Shown here: positions 9,120-17,549 of the stretch, piece after piece
Position numbering within the stretch: position 1 is the stretch's first letter
Layout: every line of letters begins with the position of its first letter
NCBI GenBank assembly: GCA_036382135.1
Contig: DASVIK010000095.1
Location: 1 to 32,191, forward strand
Origin: Candidatus Limnocylindrales bacterium
GTDB lineage: Bacteria > Chloroflexota > Limnocylindria > Limnocylindrales > CSP1-4
Length of the DNA: 32,191 nucleotides
Direction of reading: 5' to 3'
Notes under the pieces: model-generated
What the model was told of the DNA's origin: nothing
Databases searched by the model: none
Seen by the model: the letters and a program-made list of their open reading frames with translations, nothing else
Made by a program: the position numbers and the translations under genes

Positions 9120-9244
9120 ATCTGGCACGAACGCGGCATACGACCGCGCGACGAACCCTCGGCGCGGCTCTCCGCCGGACGCCGGGCGTGGGCCTCAGGC
9201 GGTGGCGCGGAGCAGAGCCAGGGCCCGGGCCCGGGAGCTGCCGC

Positions 9245-9250
9245 TAGACT
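9245..9250 (+). promoter_or_regulatory. putative -10 box TAGACT, 7 nt before the hisS ATG (leaderless signature)
   Basis: A TANNNT hexamer sits 7 nt upstream of ATG 9258, with no SD. Confidence 0.35.
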
Positions 9251-9257
9251 GCGCGGC

Positions 9258-10559
9258 ATGCCCCAGTTCCGAGCACCGCGCGGGATGCGCGACCTCCTGC
9301 CCCCCGAGCGGGCCGCCTACGCCCGCCTCGAGCGGATCGCCCGCGAGCTCGGCGTGCGCTACGGGTACCGCGAGATGGAGACGCCGCTGTTCGAACTGAG
9401 CGCGGTGTTCGAGCGGGGCATCGGCGAGGTCACCGACGTCGTCGAGAAGGAGCTGTTCCGGCTCCAGCAACGGACCGAGGAGAGCGAAGCGTGGGCCCTC
9501 CGCCCGGAGGCGACGGCCGGGATCGTGCGCGCCTACCTCCAGCACGGGATGCACACCTGGCCATCACCGGTGAAGCTCGCGCTCACCGGTCCGATGTTCC
9601 GCTACGACCGGCCCCAGGCCGGCCGCTTCCGCCAGTTCTGGCAGTGGGACGTTGAGGCGATCGGCGATGCGGGCCCGGCCGTGGACGCGGAGCTCATCGA
9701 GCTCGGCGCCCGGTTCTACCGCGAGGCCGGCCTCGCCGATGTCGAGGTCCGCCTCAACTCGATCGGCGATCCGGCCTGCCGGCCCGCCTACATCGCGCTT
9801 CTCCGCGCCCACTTCGAAGCCGCCGCCGATCGGCTGCCGACGCTCGAGCGCCGGCGCCTCGACACGAACCCGCTGCGCCTCCTGGATTCGAAGGACCCGG
9901 CGATGAAGGCGCTCAACGAGAGCGCGCCGCGGATCACGGATCACCTGTGCGGACCGTGTGCCGACCACTTCGCGGCGGTGCGAGCCCACCTCGATGGAGT
10001 CGGCATCGCCTACCGGATCGAGGCCACGCTCGTGCGGGGTCTGGACTACTACACGCGGACGGCCTTCGAGTACTACCCGCGCGGCGCCGAGGGCCAGCAA
10101 TCGGCGCTGGGTGGGGGAGGGCGGTATGACGGCCTCGTCGAGCTGCTCGGCGGGCGACCGACGCCGGGGATCGGCTTCGCGCTCGGGCTGGACCGGGTCG
10201 TGCTCGCCCTCGAGACCGCGTCGGTGCTCCAGGCGCCCGACCCCGGCCCGCTTGCCGTCGTCGTAGGCGCGGATCCCGGGGCGACGGCGGAGCGGCTCCG
10301 CGTGGTCACGATGCTCCGGGCAGAGGGCGTGCGGGCGCGGGCGGACCTCGGCGTGCGCAAGCTCGGGCGCCAGCTCGAGGGCGCGTCACGCGACGGGGCG
10401 CATTTCGCGGTCATCCTGGGCGACGAGCTGGCCGAGGGCGATGTCCAGCTGCGGGACCTCCAGGCGGGCACGCAGCGGCCGGTACCCCTCGCTGACCTGG
10501 TCCGTGAGCTGCGCCGCGCGGACGCCGGCCATCGGCACGGCGAGGCCGCCCAGTCCTAG
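9258..10559 (+). CDS. hisS: histidine--tRNA ligase (433 aa)
   Basis: N-terminus MPQFRAPRGMRDLLPPE, class II motifs FRYDRPQAGRFRQFWQ and GGGGRYDGL. ATG 9258 is in frame with ORF 9051-10559. Confidence 0.95.
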   Translation: MPQFRAPRGMRDLLPPERAAYARLERIARELGVRYGYREMETPLFELSAVFERGIGEVTDVVEKELFRLQQRTEESEAWALRPEATAGIVRAYLQHGMHTWPSPVKLALTGPMFRYDRPQAGRFRQFWQWDVEAIGDAGPAVDAELIELGARFYREAGLADVEVRLNSIGDPACRPAYIALLRAHFEAAADRLPTLERRRLDTNPLRLLDSKDPAMKALNESAPRITDHLCGPCADHFAAVRAHLDGVGIAYRIEATLVRGLDYYTRTAFEYYPRGAEGQQSALGGGGRYDGLVELLGGRPTPGIGFALGLDRVVLALETASVLQAPDPGPLAVVVGADPGATAERLRVVTMLRAEGVRARADLGVRKLGRQLEGASRDGAHFAVILGDELAEGDVQLRDLQAGTQRPVPLADLVRELRRADAGHRHGEAAQS

Positions 10560-10580
10560 GCCGGCGGCGCGCCGCGATGC

Positions 10581-10958
10581 TCAGTCGAACTGGATGAGCC
10601 CGACCATGTTCCCCGCGGGGTCGAAGAACCACGCGCCCCTGCCGGCGCCGGTCGTGGCGATGCTGCCCTCGGTCCTGAAGCCCGGAGCGTCGTATTCCTC
10701 GAAGACGACCCCACGCCGCTTGAGATCGGCGACTTCGGCCTCGATGTCCGCCACCGTGAACCCGATCTGCGTGTGCGTGCCGGCCGATTTGCCGGAGCTC
10801 TTCGTCACCGCGAACTTCGAGCCCTCCCCGGCCTCGTACATCACGCCCGCATCGTTCGGCTGGTACGGCTTGAAGCCGAGCGTCCCTTCGTAGAACCCGC
10901 GCGCCGCCTCGAGATCCGAGACGGGGAGCGTGGCGTGGCAGCGGCTCGCTGAGAGCAT
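10581..10958 (-). CDS. VOC (glyoxalase/bleomycin-resistance/dioxygenase) family protein (125 aa; alternative start at 10970)
   Basis: Translation ...HATLPVSDLEAARGFYEGTLGFKP...THTQIGFTVADIEAEVADLKRRGVVFEE...GAWFFDPAGNMVGLIQ is a typical single-module VOC fold. The internal ATG at 10958 is preceded by GGAGG with a 5-nt spacer, so it is preferred over ATG 10970. Confidence 0.75.
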   Translation of the reverse strand: MLSASRCHATLPVSDLEAARGFYEGTLGFKPYQPNDAGVMYEAGEGSKFAVTKSSGKSAGTHTQIGFTVADIEAEVADLKRRGVVFEEYDAPGFRTEGSIATTGAGRGAWFFDPAGNMVGLIQFD

Positions 10959-11027
10959 CGGGGCCTCCATTCATCGTCGGTGCGTTCGTGGCCGGCCACC
11001 CCGCTGTCAGGGGATCGGCGCCTTCGT

Positions 11028-11033
11028 TACGAT
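11028..11033 (+). promoter_or_regulatory. putative -10 box TACGAT, 9 nt before the aspS ATG
   Basis: A TANNNT hexamer sits 9 nt upstream of ATG 11043, with no SD. The spacing is at the long end for a leaderless start. Confidence 0.3.
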
Positions 11034-11042
11034 ACGACGACG

Positions 11043-12911
11043 ATGACCGACCCCGGCCCCAGCCTCGCAACCCCCTATCGCACCCATACGTGCGGGCAAT
11101 TGCGCGCCGGCGATGCCGGCTCCTCCGCTCGCCTGGCGGGCTGGGTCCACCGGCGACGCGACCACGGGCACCTCATCTTCCTGGACCTGCGCGATCGCCA
11201 CGGGCTCACCCAGGTGATCGTGGACGAGGAATCCGCCCCGGCGGCCCACGAGGTCGCCAGCCGGGTGCGGTCCGAATTCGTGATCAATGTCTCGGGCGAA
11301 GTCGCCGCGCGCCTGGCCGGCACGGAGAACGCGAAGCTGGCGACCGGGGCGATCGAGCTTCGCGCCTCGGACGTGGAGATCCTGTCCGAGGCGAAGACGC
11401 CGCCGTTCTACATCAACGAGCCCGACGCCACGATCGACGAGACCGTCCGCCTGCGCTACCGCTACCTCGACCTGCGCCGTGAGCCGATGCAGCGCCGCCT
11501 GCTCCTGCGCAGCACGCTCGTGCAGGCCATCCGGGACGTCCACCACGCGAACGGCTTCGTCGAGATCGAGACGCCGAACCTCATCAAGTCCACCCCGGAG
11601 GGCGCCCGCGACTTCATCGTGCCCTCGCGGCTCCAGCCGGGCACCGTCTACGCGCTCCCGCAGAGCCCGCAGCAGCTCAAGCAGTTGCTCATGGTGGCCG
11701 GGATGGACCGCTACTTCCAGATCGCCCGGTGCTACCGCGACGAGGACCTGCGCGGCGATCGGCAGCCGGAGTTCACCCAGCTCGACCTCGAGATGAGCTT
11801 CGTCACCGAGGACGCGGTGATGGACTTCGTCGAGCGGATGGTCATCGAGGTGACCCGGGCCACGGTCCCCGACCGGCCGATCCGCGAAGTGCCGTTCCCG
11901 CGCTTCACGTACGCCGAGGCGATCGAGCGCTTCGGTTCGGACAAGCCGGACCTGCGCTTCGCGATGGAGCTCGTGGACCTCGGCCCCGCCCTCACGGATC
12001 CCGCGGGGAGCCCGGCGAGCGGCTTCCGCGTCTTCGACGACACGCTCGGCACGGGCGGCCGGGTAAAGGGCCTCGCCGTCCCGGGCCGGGCGGACGCCAG
12101 CCGACGGGAGATCGACGAGCTGACCGAGACCGCCCGCCGGTTCGGCGCCAAGGGGCTCGTCCACCTCGCGGTCCAGCCCGGCGGCGAGCTCCACGGTCCC
12201 GTCGCCAAGTTCCTGTCGGACGACGTGCAGCGAGCCGTCCTCGAGCGGAGCGGTGCGAACGCCGGTGACCTCCTGCTCATCGTGGCCGACGCCCCCGCCG
12301 TCACCGCCGACGTGCTGGGCCGGCTGCGGGCCGAGCTCGGGTCCCGCCTCGGCCTCGGCGACCCCGCCGAGCTCGCCTACTGCTGGGTCCACCGCTTCCC
12401 CATGTACCAGTGGGATGCCGAGAACGGGCGCTGGGACGCGACCCACAACCCGTTCAGTGGAGTCGTCCCGGAGGACCGCCCGCTCCTGGCGACGCTCTCC
12501 GGCGATCCGGCACGACCGTCGCCGGACGACCCGGCCGGCCGCGCCCGGGCGATGCAATACGACATCGCGCTCAACGGCTGGGAGCTCGGCGGCGGTTCCG
12601 TGCGCATCCACCGGCGCGACCTGCTCGAGCTGAGCTTCGCCCTCCAGGGCCAGACCCTCGACGGGATGCGTTCGAAATTCGGGGCGATCCTGGATGCGTT
12701 CGAATACGGTGCACCGCCGCACGGCGGCATCGCCCTGGGCATCGATCGATGGGCCGCTCTGTTCACGGATCAGGCCACGATCCGCGAGGTGATGGCGTTC
12801 CCGAAGACCCAATCCGGCTCGGACCTCATGCTCGAGGCGCCGTCCGCCCCGGACCCGACGCAGTACGCTGAGCTCGGCCTGCGCTTCGTCGGACCGCCGG
12901 GCAAGGCGTGA
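11043..12911 (+). CDS. aspS: aspartate--tRNA ligase (622 aa)
   Basis: Motifs YRTHTCGQLR, IFLDLRDRHGLTQVV, PQSPQQLKQLLMVAGMDRYFQIARCYRDEDLRGDRQPEFTQLD and PHGGIALGIDR. The start is ATG 11043, at residue 22 of the tracked ORF. Confidence 0.95.
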   Translation: MTDPGPSLATPYRTHTCGQLRAGDAGSSARLAGWVHRRRDHGHLIFLDLRDRHGLTQVIVDEESAPAAHEVASRVRSEFVINVSGEVAARLAGTENAKLATGAIELRASDVEILSEAKTPPFYINEPDATIDETVRLRYRYLDLRREPMQRRLLLRSTLVQAIRDVHHANGFVEIETPNLIKSTPEGARDFIVPSRLQPGTVYALPQSPQQLKQLLMVAGMDRYFQIARCYRDEDLRGDRQPEFTQLDLEMSFVTEDAVMDFVERMVIEVTRATVPDRPIREVPFPRFTYAEAIERFGSDKPDLRFAMELVDLGPALTDPAGSPASGFRVFDDTLGTGGRVKGLAVPGRADASRREIDELTETARRFGAKGLVHLAVQPGGELHGPVAKFLSDDVQRAVLERSGANAGDLLLIVADAPAVTADVLGRLRAELGSRLGLGDPAELAYCWVHRFPMYQWDAENGRWDATHNPFSGVVPEDRPLLATLSGDPARPSPDDPAGRARAMQYDIALNGWELGGGSVRIHRRDLLELSFALQGQTLDGMRSKFGAILDAFEYGAPPHGGIALGIDRWAALFTDQATIREVMAFPKTQSGSDLMLEAPSAPDPTQYAELGLRFVGPPGKA

Positions 12912-12943
12912 CATCAGGTCCGCCAGCGGAGGGGGGAGACTAC

Positions 12944-13792
12944 GTGACTGAAGAACGGGACACCCGTTCGTACACGGAGCGGCACGCTGCGCCGCCGCCC
13001 CCGCCTCCTCCTCCCACCTCCGAATCGATGGACGGCCGGTTCCTGGCGATCATCGGGGTCGGCCTGCTCAGCGCGGCGGTCGTCGCGGCCCTCGTGCTTC
13101 GGGGCCCGGGCACCCCGGCCGTTGCGACGGCATCCCCAACGGCGAACGCGCCCACCGCGTCCGCGGCCCCGCCGGCCACGCCGGAAGCGGACGACCTGGC
13201 CCGGCAGCGGTTCTGGGCGCTCATCGAGGATCCCAAGCTCAGCTACCACCTCGATACGAAGGGCGGCGGCCGGTTCGGGAGCGAGGCCTATTCGTTCTCC
13301 GAATCGCTCGATATCTCGGGCGACGCCTGGAAGGGCACGGAGCTCGCGCACGGCCTGGGATCGGCGAGCGCCCTCCAGATCGTCGTGCTCGATACCGTGG
13401 CCTGGATCAAGTTCCCCGACGGCTGGCACAAGAACATCGAGCACGATCCGTACTTCCGGAGCCGGCCGTTGCTCGACCTCGATTCGGAGCGGGACCTCGT
13501 CCTGTCGGGGAAGACGGTCGTGCGAGGCGGGCAGACGCTTTTCGAGCTCGCGTCGACCACGAACTACCAGCCCTACCCGGGTCGCCTCATCGGGTTCGTG
13601 GCGATGGGCATGCGGGTCGACAGTATCGTGCTCGACATCCTCGTGACCGACCAGGGCGTCCCGGTCGAGGCCACCGTCCACATCCTTGCCGGTGGGCCCG
13701 GTGCCGACGGGAAGTCCCAGTTCGATGCGAAGGCGACGCGCACGTTCAGCAAGGTCGGCGCCGCGTTCACGATCGCCGCCCCCAAGCCCTGA
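12944..13792 (+). CDS. hypothetical single-pass membrane/secreted protein with an N-terminal PPPPPPPP run (282 aa)
   Basis: Strong SD GGAGGGGGGAG (12928-12938) lies 5 nt upstream of GTG 12944. An alternative GTG at 12908 overlaps the aspS stop. TM helix FLAIIGVGLLSAAVVAALVL is followed by an A/P/T linker and a ~200-aa beta-rich domain. No family recognised; the fold may be LolA/LppX-like. Confidence 0.6.
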   Translation: MTEERDTRSYTERHAAPPPPPPPPTSESMDGRFLAIIGVGLLSAAVVAALVLRGPGTPAVATASPTANAPTASAAPPATPEADDLARQRFWALIEDPKLSYHLDTKGGGRFGSEAYSFSESLDISGDAWKGTELAHGLGSASALQIVVLDTVAWIKFPDGWHKNIEHDPYFRSRPLLDLDSERDLVLSGKTVVRGGQTLFELASTTNYQPYPGRLIGFVAMGMRVDSIVLDILVTDQGVPVEATVHILAGGPGADGKSQFDAKATRTFSKVGAAFTIAAPKP

Positions 13793-13793
13793 C

Positions 13794-14747
13794 GTGCATC
13801 GGCCGGGAGCGACGCGCGGGCCGGCTGCGCGGGTCCTGGCCGGCCTGGAGGCTCAGCCGCGCCTGACGGCCCTGCTGGGGGCGATGTGCATCGCCTTCAG
13901 CGGCATCTTCTTCCGGTACTCGGCCGTCTCCCCGTCGACCGCGACCGTCTTCCGCTGCCTGTACGCGCTGCCGCTCCTGGCCCTGCTCGCCTATCGCGAG
14001 ACGGGCACGCATGGCCCACGGTCCAGGCGGAACCACCTCGTCGCGATCGCCGCCGGCGTCTTCTTCGCGAGCGACCTGACGCTCTACCACCACGGCGTCC
14101 AGCAGGTCGGCGCGGGCCTCGGCACGGTCATCCCGAATCTGCAGGTGGTGATCGTCGCGATCGCCGGCTGGCTCTTCCTCGGCGAGCATCCGGATCGCCG
14201 GACGTGGGTCGCGATGCCGGTCGCCGTCGTCGGCGTCCTCCTCATCTCCGGCCTGCTCGAGCACGGCGCGTATGGCGCCGATCCACCGCTCGGGGTCGCG
14301 TTCGGCCTGGGCGCCGGAGCGAGCTATGCGGGCTACCTGCTCATCATCCGCCAGGGCAACCGCGACGGGAGGCGTCCCTTCGGAACGCTGTTCGACGCGT
14401 CCGCGGCGACGGTCGTCGTGGCCGGCCTGGCGGGCCTCGTCGTCGGCGATCTCGACCTCGTCCCGAGCTGGCCGGCTCACGGCTGGCTCCTGGCGCTGGC
14501 GCTCATCTCGCAGGTCGCCGGCTACGGCCTCATCAACCTGTCGCTGCCCCGGCTGCCGGCCGTCCTGACCTCCGTGCTCCTGCTGGCCCAGCCGATCGCC
14601 ACGCTCGTCTTCAGCGGGCTCCTGCTCAGCGAGGCGCCATCCGCGCTTCAACTCGGCGGCGTCGCGCTCATCCTGGGCGGCGTCGTCCTCGCGGCGGCGC
14701 GCCGATCGAGCTCGCCCGTCGCGGAGGGTGCCACCGAACCGGCCTGA
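13794..14747 (+). CDS. EamA/DMT-family transporter (about 317 aa, start uncertain)
   Basis: About ten hydrophobic helices in two repeated halves (…LLGAMCIAFSGIFFRYS… and …LALISQVAGYGLINLSLPRLPAVLTSVLLLAQPIATLVFSGLLLSE…LQLGGVALILGGVVL), typical of the drug/metabolite transporter superfamily. GTG 13794 is the first in-frame start after the upstream stop. Confidence 0.8.
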   Translation: MHRPGATRGPAARVLAGLEAQPRLTALLGAMCIAFSGIFFRYSAVSPSTATVFRCLYALPLLALLAYRETGTHGPRSRRNHLVAIAAGVFFASDLTLYHHGVQQVGAGLGTVIPNLQVVIVAIAGWLFLGEHPDRRTWVAMPVAVVGVLLISGLLEHGAYGADPPLGVAFGLGAGASYAGYLLIIRQGNRDGRRPFGTLFDASAATVVVAGLAGLVVGDLDLVPSWPAHGWLLALALISQVAGYGLINLSLPRLPAVLTSVLLLAQPIATLVFSGLLLSEAPSALQLGGVALILGGVVLAAARRSSSPVAEGATEPA

Positions 14748-14791
14748 TCGCGCCGGGCGCCTCGGTCGCGTCGGGCGCCGGCGGTCGAGGC

Positions 14792-15487
14792 CTAGCGCTC
14801 CCCGCGTGAGAGCGGCGCGCGCGGGCCCTCGAGCGGAGCGTCCTCGGGCGTATCGGCTGCCGCCGCGCCCCACTCGTGCCCGTGCCCGGACGCCGGGACC
14901 GTCGGACCGACGTATGGCGGCAACTCGGCGCGGGCGGTCCGCGCGTCGAAGGTCGTGCCCGGATCGCCCATGTCGATCGTCCGGACGGGAACGCCGCCGG
15001 CCTCCAGGTCGGCCAGCAGCTCGTCGGGCATCCGATGCGGCGGCAGCGCTCGGAGGGCCTCGAGGAAGCCGACCGGCAGGAGGGCCGGCCAGCCGGCCTT
15101 GTCCTGGTAGGCCGGGCGGAGCATCTCGTCGGGATGGAGGCCGTGGGCCTCGATGAGCGACGTGATCGTCTCGGGCCCGACCCAGACCATCCGGGCCGGC
15201 CAGATGAGCGCCGCGTCCGTGTCGTCGATCTCGCCGATCGCGAGGTCGATGCCGCGGACGATCTGGCCCACCGGACCCGCCTCCTCGGGCGCAGGCGTGG
15301 CGAGGGTGACCGAAGCGCCGGCCAGGGCGCGCGCGATCTTCTCGTCCGGATCGCCGGCCACCACGATGATCGGCAACGCTCCGCCCGACCACGCGAGATC
15401 GGCGAGCCGGCGGACGCGCGGCAGACCCTCGAGCAGAGTGAGCGCGGAGGCCTCGCTCGCGGCGAGGATGACCGCCGCGACCGTCAT
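14792..15487 (-). CDS. MobA-like nucleotidyltransferase (NTP_transf_3-type) protein (231 aa)
   Basis: ATG at 15487 is preceded by GGAGGG on the minus strand. The N-terminus MTVAAVILAASEASAL...LPIIVVAGDPD...GPVGQIVRGIDLA...DAALIWPARMVWVGPETI fits the MobA/MocA glycosyltransferase-A-like nucleotidyltransferase pattern. The upstream part of ORF 14792-15673 was discarded. Confidence 0.65.
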   Translation of the reverse strand: MTVAAVILAASEASALTLLEGLPRVRRLADLAWSGGALPIIVVAGDPDEKIARALAGASVTLATPAPEEAGPVGQIVRGIDLAIGEIDDTDAALIWPARMVWVGPETITSLIEAHGLHPDEMLRPAYQDKAGWPALLPVGFLEALRALPPHRMPDELLADLEAGGVPVRTIDMGDPGTTFDARTARAELPPYVGPTVPASGHGHEWGAAAADTPEDAPLEGPRAPLSRGER

Positions 15488-15599
15488 CGTGGACCCTCCT
15501 ACGGATGGCACCGGCCCGGCTCCGGGCAGGCTTCGCCAGAATCGCAGTCTATCGTCCGGTCCGCCGGATTCGCCACTCATGCGACAATGAGCGTCCCCC

Positions 15600-17531
15600 A
15601 TGACACCGTCCGGACCCACCATGCCCTCGACCCCGTCCCGCCCGCCCCTCGTGGAGCGGCGGGACCTCCGCAATGTCGCGATCGTCGCTCACGTCGACCA
15701 CGGCAAGACGACGCTCGTCGACGCGATGCTCCGCCAGACGGGCGCGTTCCGGGCGAACCAGGCGCTCGTGGATCGCGTCCTCGACTCGGGCGACCTCGAG
15801 CGTGAGAAGGGCATCACGATCCTGGCCAAGCAGACCACGGTCGACTACGGGCACGTCCGGCTCAACATCGTCGATACCCCGGGTCACGCGGACTTCGGCG
15901 GCGAGGTGGAGCGGGGCCTGATGATGGTCGACTCCGTGCTGTTGCTCGTGGACGCGGCCGAGGGGCCGCTGCCCCAGACCCGCTACGTGCTCCAGAAGGC
16001 GATGGCCCGTCGCCTGCCGGTCGTCGTGGCGCTCAACAAGATCGACCGCGACGATGCCCGACCCGAGACTGTCCTGGACGACGTGTACGAGCTGTTCATG
16101 AACCTCGGGGCGGACGCCGGGCAGATCGACTTCCCGGTCGTATACACCAACGCGAAGGCCGGTACGGCGACGATGGACCTGGCAGTGCCGGGAACCGACC
16201 TGCGCCCGCTGCTGGACCTGCTCATCCACGTGACGCCGGCCCCGACGTACGAACCGGGCCATCCCCTCCAGCTGCTCGTCACGAACCTCTCCGCCAACGA
16301 TTACGTGGGGCGGATGGCCGTCGGCCGGATCCGCAACGGGTCGATCCGGGTCGGCCAGCGGATCGCCGTCGTGCGCGAGGAACCCGCCGACACGGACGGG
16401 ACCGTGGAACCCGGCCGGGTCGTGACGCTGACCGGGACAGTCACCAGCCTCCAGACGGCCCACGGCATCGAGCGGGTCGAGATCGAGGAGGCGTCGGCCG
16501 GCGACATCGTCTCGGTGGCCGGCCTGCCGGAGGTCACGAGCGGCGACACGCTCACGGACCCGGCCGATCCGCGGCCCCTGCCTCGCCTCGACGTCGACGC
16601 GCCGACGCTCCGGATGACGTTCGGGGTGAACACCTCGCCCCTCTCTGGCCGCGAGGGGAAGTACGTCACGTCGCGCCAGATCAAGGCCCGCCTCGAGCGG
16701 GAGGTCCTGGGCAACGTGAGCATCGAGGTCCGGCCGACGGAATCGGGCGACACGTTCGAGGTGCGTGGCCGCGGCGAGCTCCAGCTGGCCGTCCTCATCG
16801 AGCAGATGCGCCGCGAGGGGTTCGAGCTCCAGGTGAGCCGCCCGGAGGTGCTCCTGCACGAGGAGCACGGCGAGACCCTCGAGCCATACGAACGGATCAC
16901 GATCGACATCCCGCCCGAGTTCATCGGCGAGGTCCAGCACGCGCTGGCCGGCCGGAAGGCGCGGCTGGAGCAGATGACGACCGACGCCGACGGCCGCGTG
17001 CGCCTGGAGTTCGTGCTCCCGGTCCGGGGGCTCATCGGGTACCGCGGCCAGCTCCTGACCGACACCCGCGGAACCGCCCTGATGCACCAGATCGGCGAGG
17101 GCTACGGCCCGTGGGCGGGCGAGGTCACCCATCGGACCTCCGGCGTGCTCGTGGCCGACCGGACGGGGACCTCGAACTCCTACGGCCTCTTCAACCTCCA
17201 GGAGCGCGCCGCGCTGTTCATCGGGACCGGCGCCGACGTCTACGAGGGCATGATCGTCGGCGAGAACTCGCGCCCCGGCGACATGGACGTCAACGCGACC
17301 AAGGAGAAGAAGCTCACCAACATCCGGACCCACGCCCACGACGAGTCGCTCCGGCTCACGCCGCCTCGGCCGGCGACCCTCGAGACGGCGCTGGAGTTCA
17401 TCTCGGGCGATGAACTCGTCGAGGTCACTCCGCTGTCGATCCGGCTCCGGAAGCGGGTCCTCTCGGCGCACGGCCGGCGTCGCGAGAAGGGCCGCGAAGA
17501 CGACCGTCAGCGGAACACCGAGGCCGACTGA
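15600..17531 (+). CDS. typA: translational GTPase TypA/BipA (643 aa; alternative start ATG 15621)
   Basis: Motifs LRNVAIVAHVDHGKTTLVDAML, DTPGHADFGGEVER and NKIDR, followed by EF-G-like domains and the BipA C-terminal domain (…VYEGMIVGENSRPGDMDVNATKEKKLTNIR…). Confidence 0.95.
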   Translation: MTPSGPTMPSTPSRPPLVERRDLRNVAIVAHVDHGKTTLVDAMLRQTGAFRANQALVDRVLDSGDLEREKGITILAKQTTVDYGHVRLNIVDTPGHADFGGEVERGLMMVDSVLLLVDAAEGPLPQTRYVLQKAMARRLPVVVALNKIDRDDARPETVLDDVYELFMNLGADAGQIDFPVVYTNAKAGTATMDLAVPGTDLRPLLDLLIHVTPAPTYEPGHPLQLLVTNLSANDYVGRMAVGRIRNGSIRVGQRIAVVREEPADTDGTVEPGRVVTLTGTVTSLQTAHGIERVEIEEASAGDIVSVAGLPEVTSGDTLTDPADPRPLPRLDVDAPTLRMTFGVNTSPLSGREGKYVTSRQIKARLEREVLGNVSIEVRPTESGDTFEVRGRGELQLAVLIEQMRREGFELQVSRPEVLLHEEHGETLEPYERITIDIPPEFIGEVQHALAGRKARLEQMTTDADGRVRLEFVLPVRGLIGYRGQLLTDTRGTALMHQIGEGYGPWAGEVTHRTSGVLVADRTGTSNSYGLFNLQERAALFIGTGADVYEGMIVGENSRPGDMDVNATKEKKLTNIRTHAHDESLRLTPPRPATLETALEFISGDELVEVTPLSIRLRKRVLSAHGRRREKGREDDRQRNTEAD

Positions 17532-17549
17532 CGATTGTCGGCGCGGCGC

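Noticed and set aside
8885-9257. A canonical T-box riboswitch leader for hisS.
   Set aside because: I could not find the conserved T-box sequence (GGGUGGNACCGCG-like), the AG bay or distal loop, or a convincing specifier loop with CAC/CAU. A TAGACT box 7 nt from the ATG also suggests hisS is leaderless. It is kept only as an open question in the findings.
10564-10575. A 12-nt perfect GC palindrome GCGGCGCGCCGC between convergent hisS and the VOC gene, considered as a bidirectional terminator.
   Set aside because: It would form only a 4-bp stem with a 4-nt loop and has no flanking T/A runs. That is too weak to call, and such GC palindromes arise easily in this composition.
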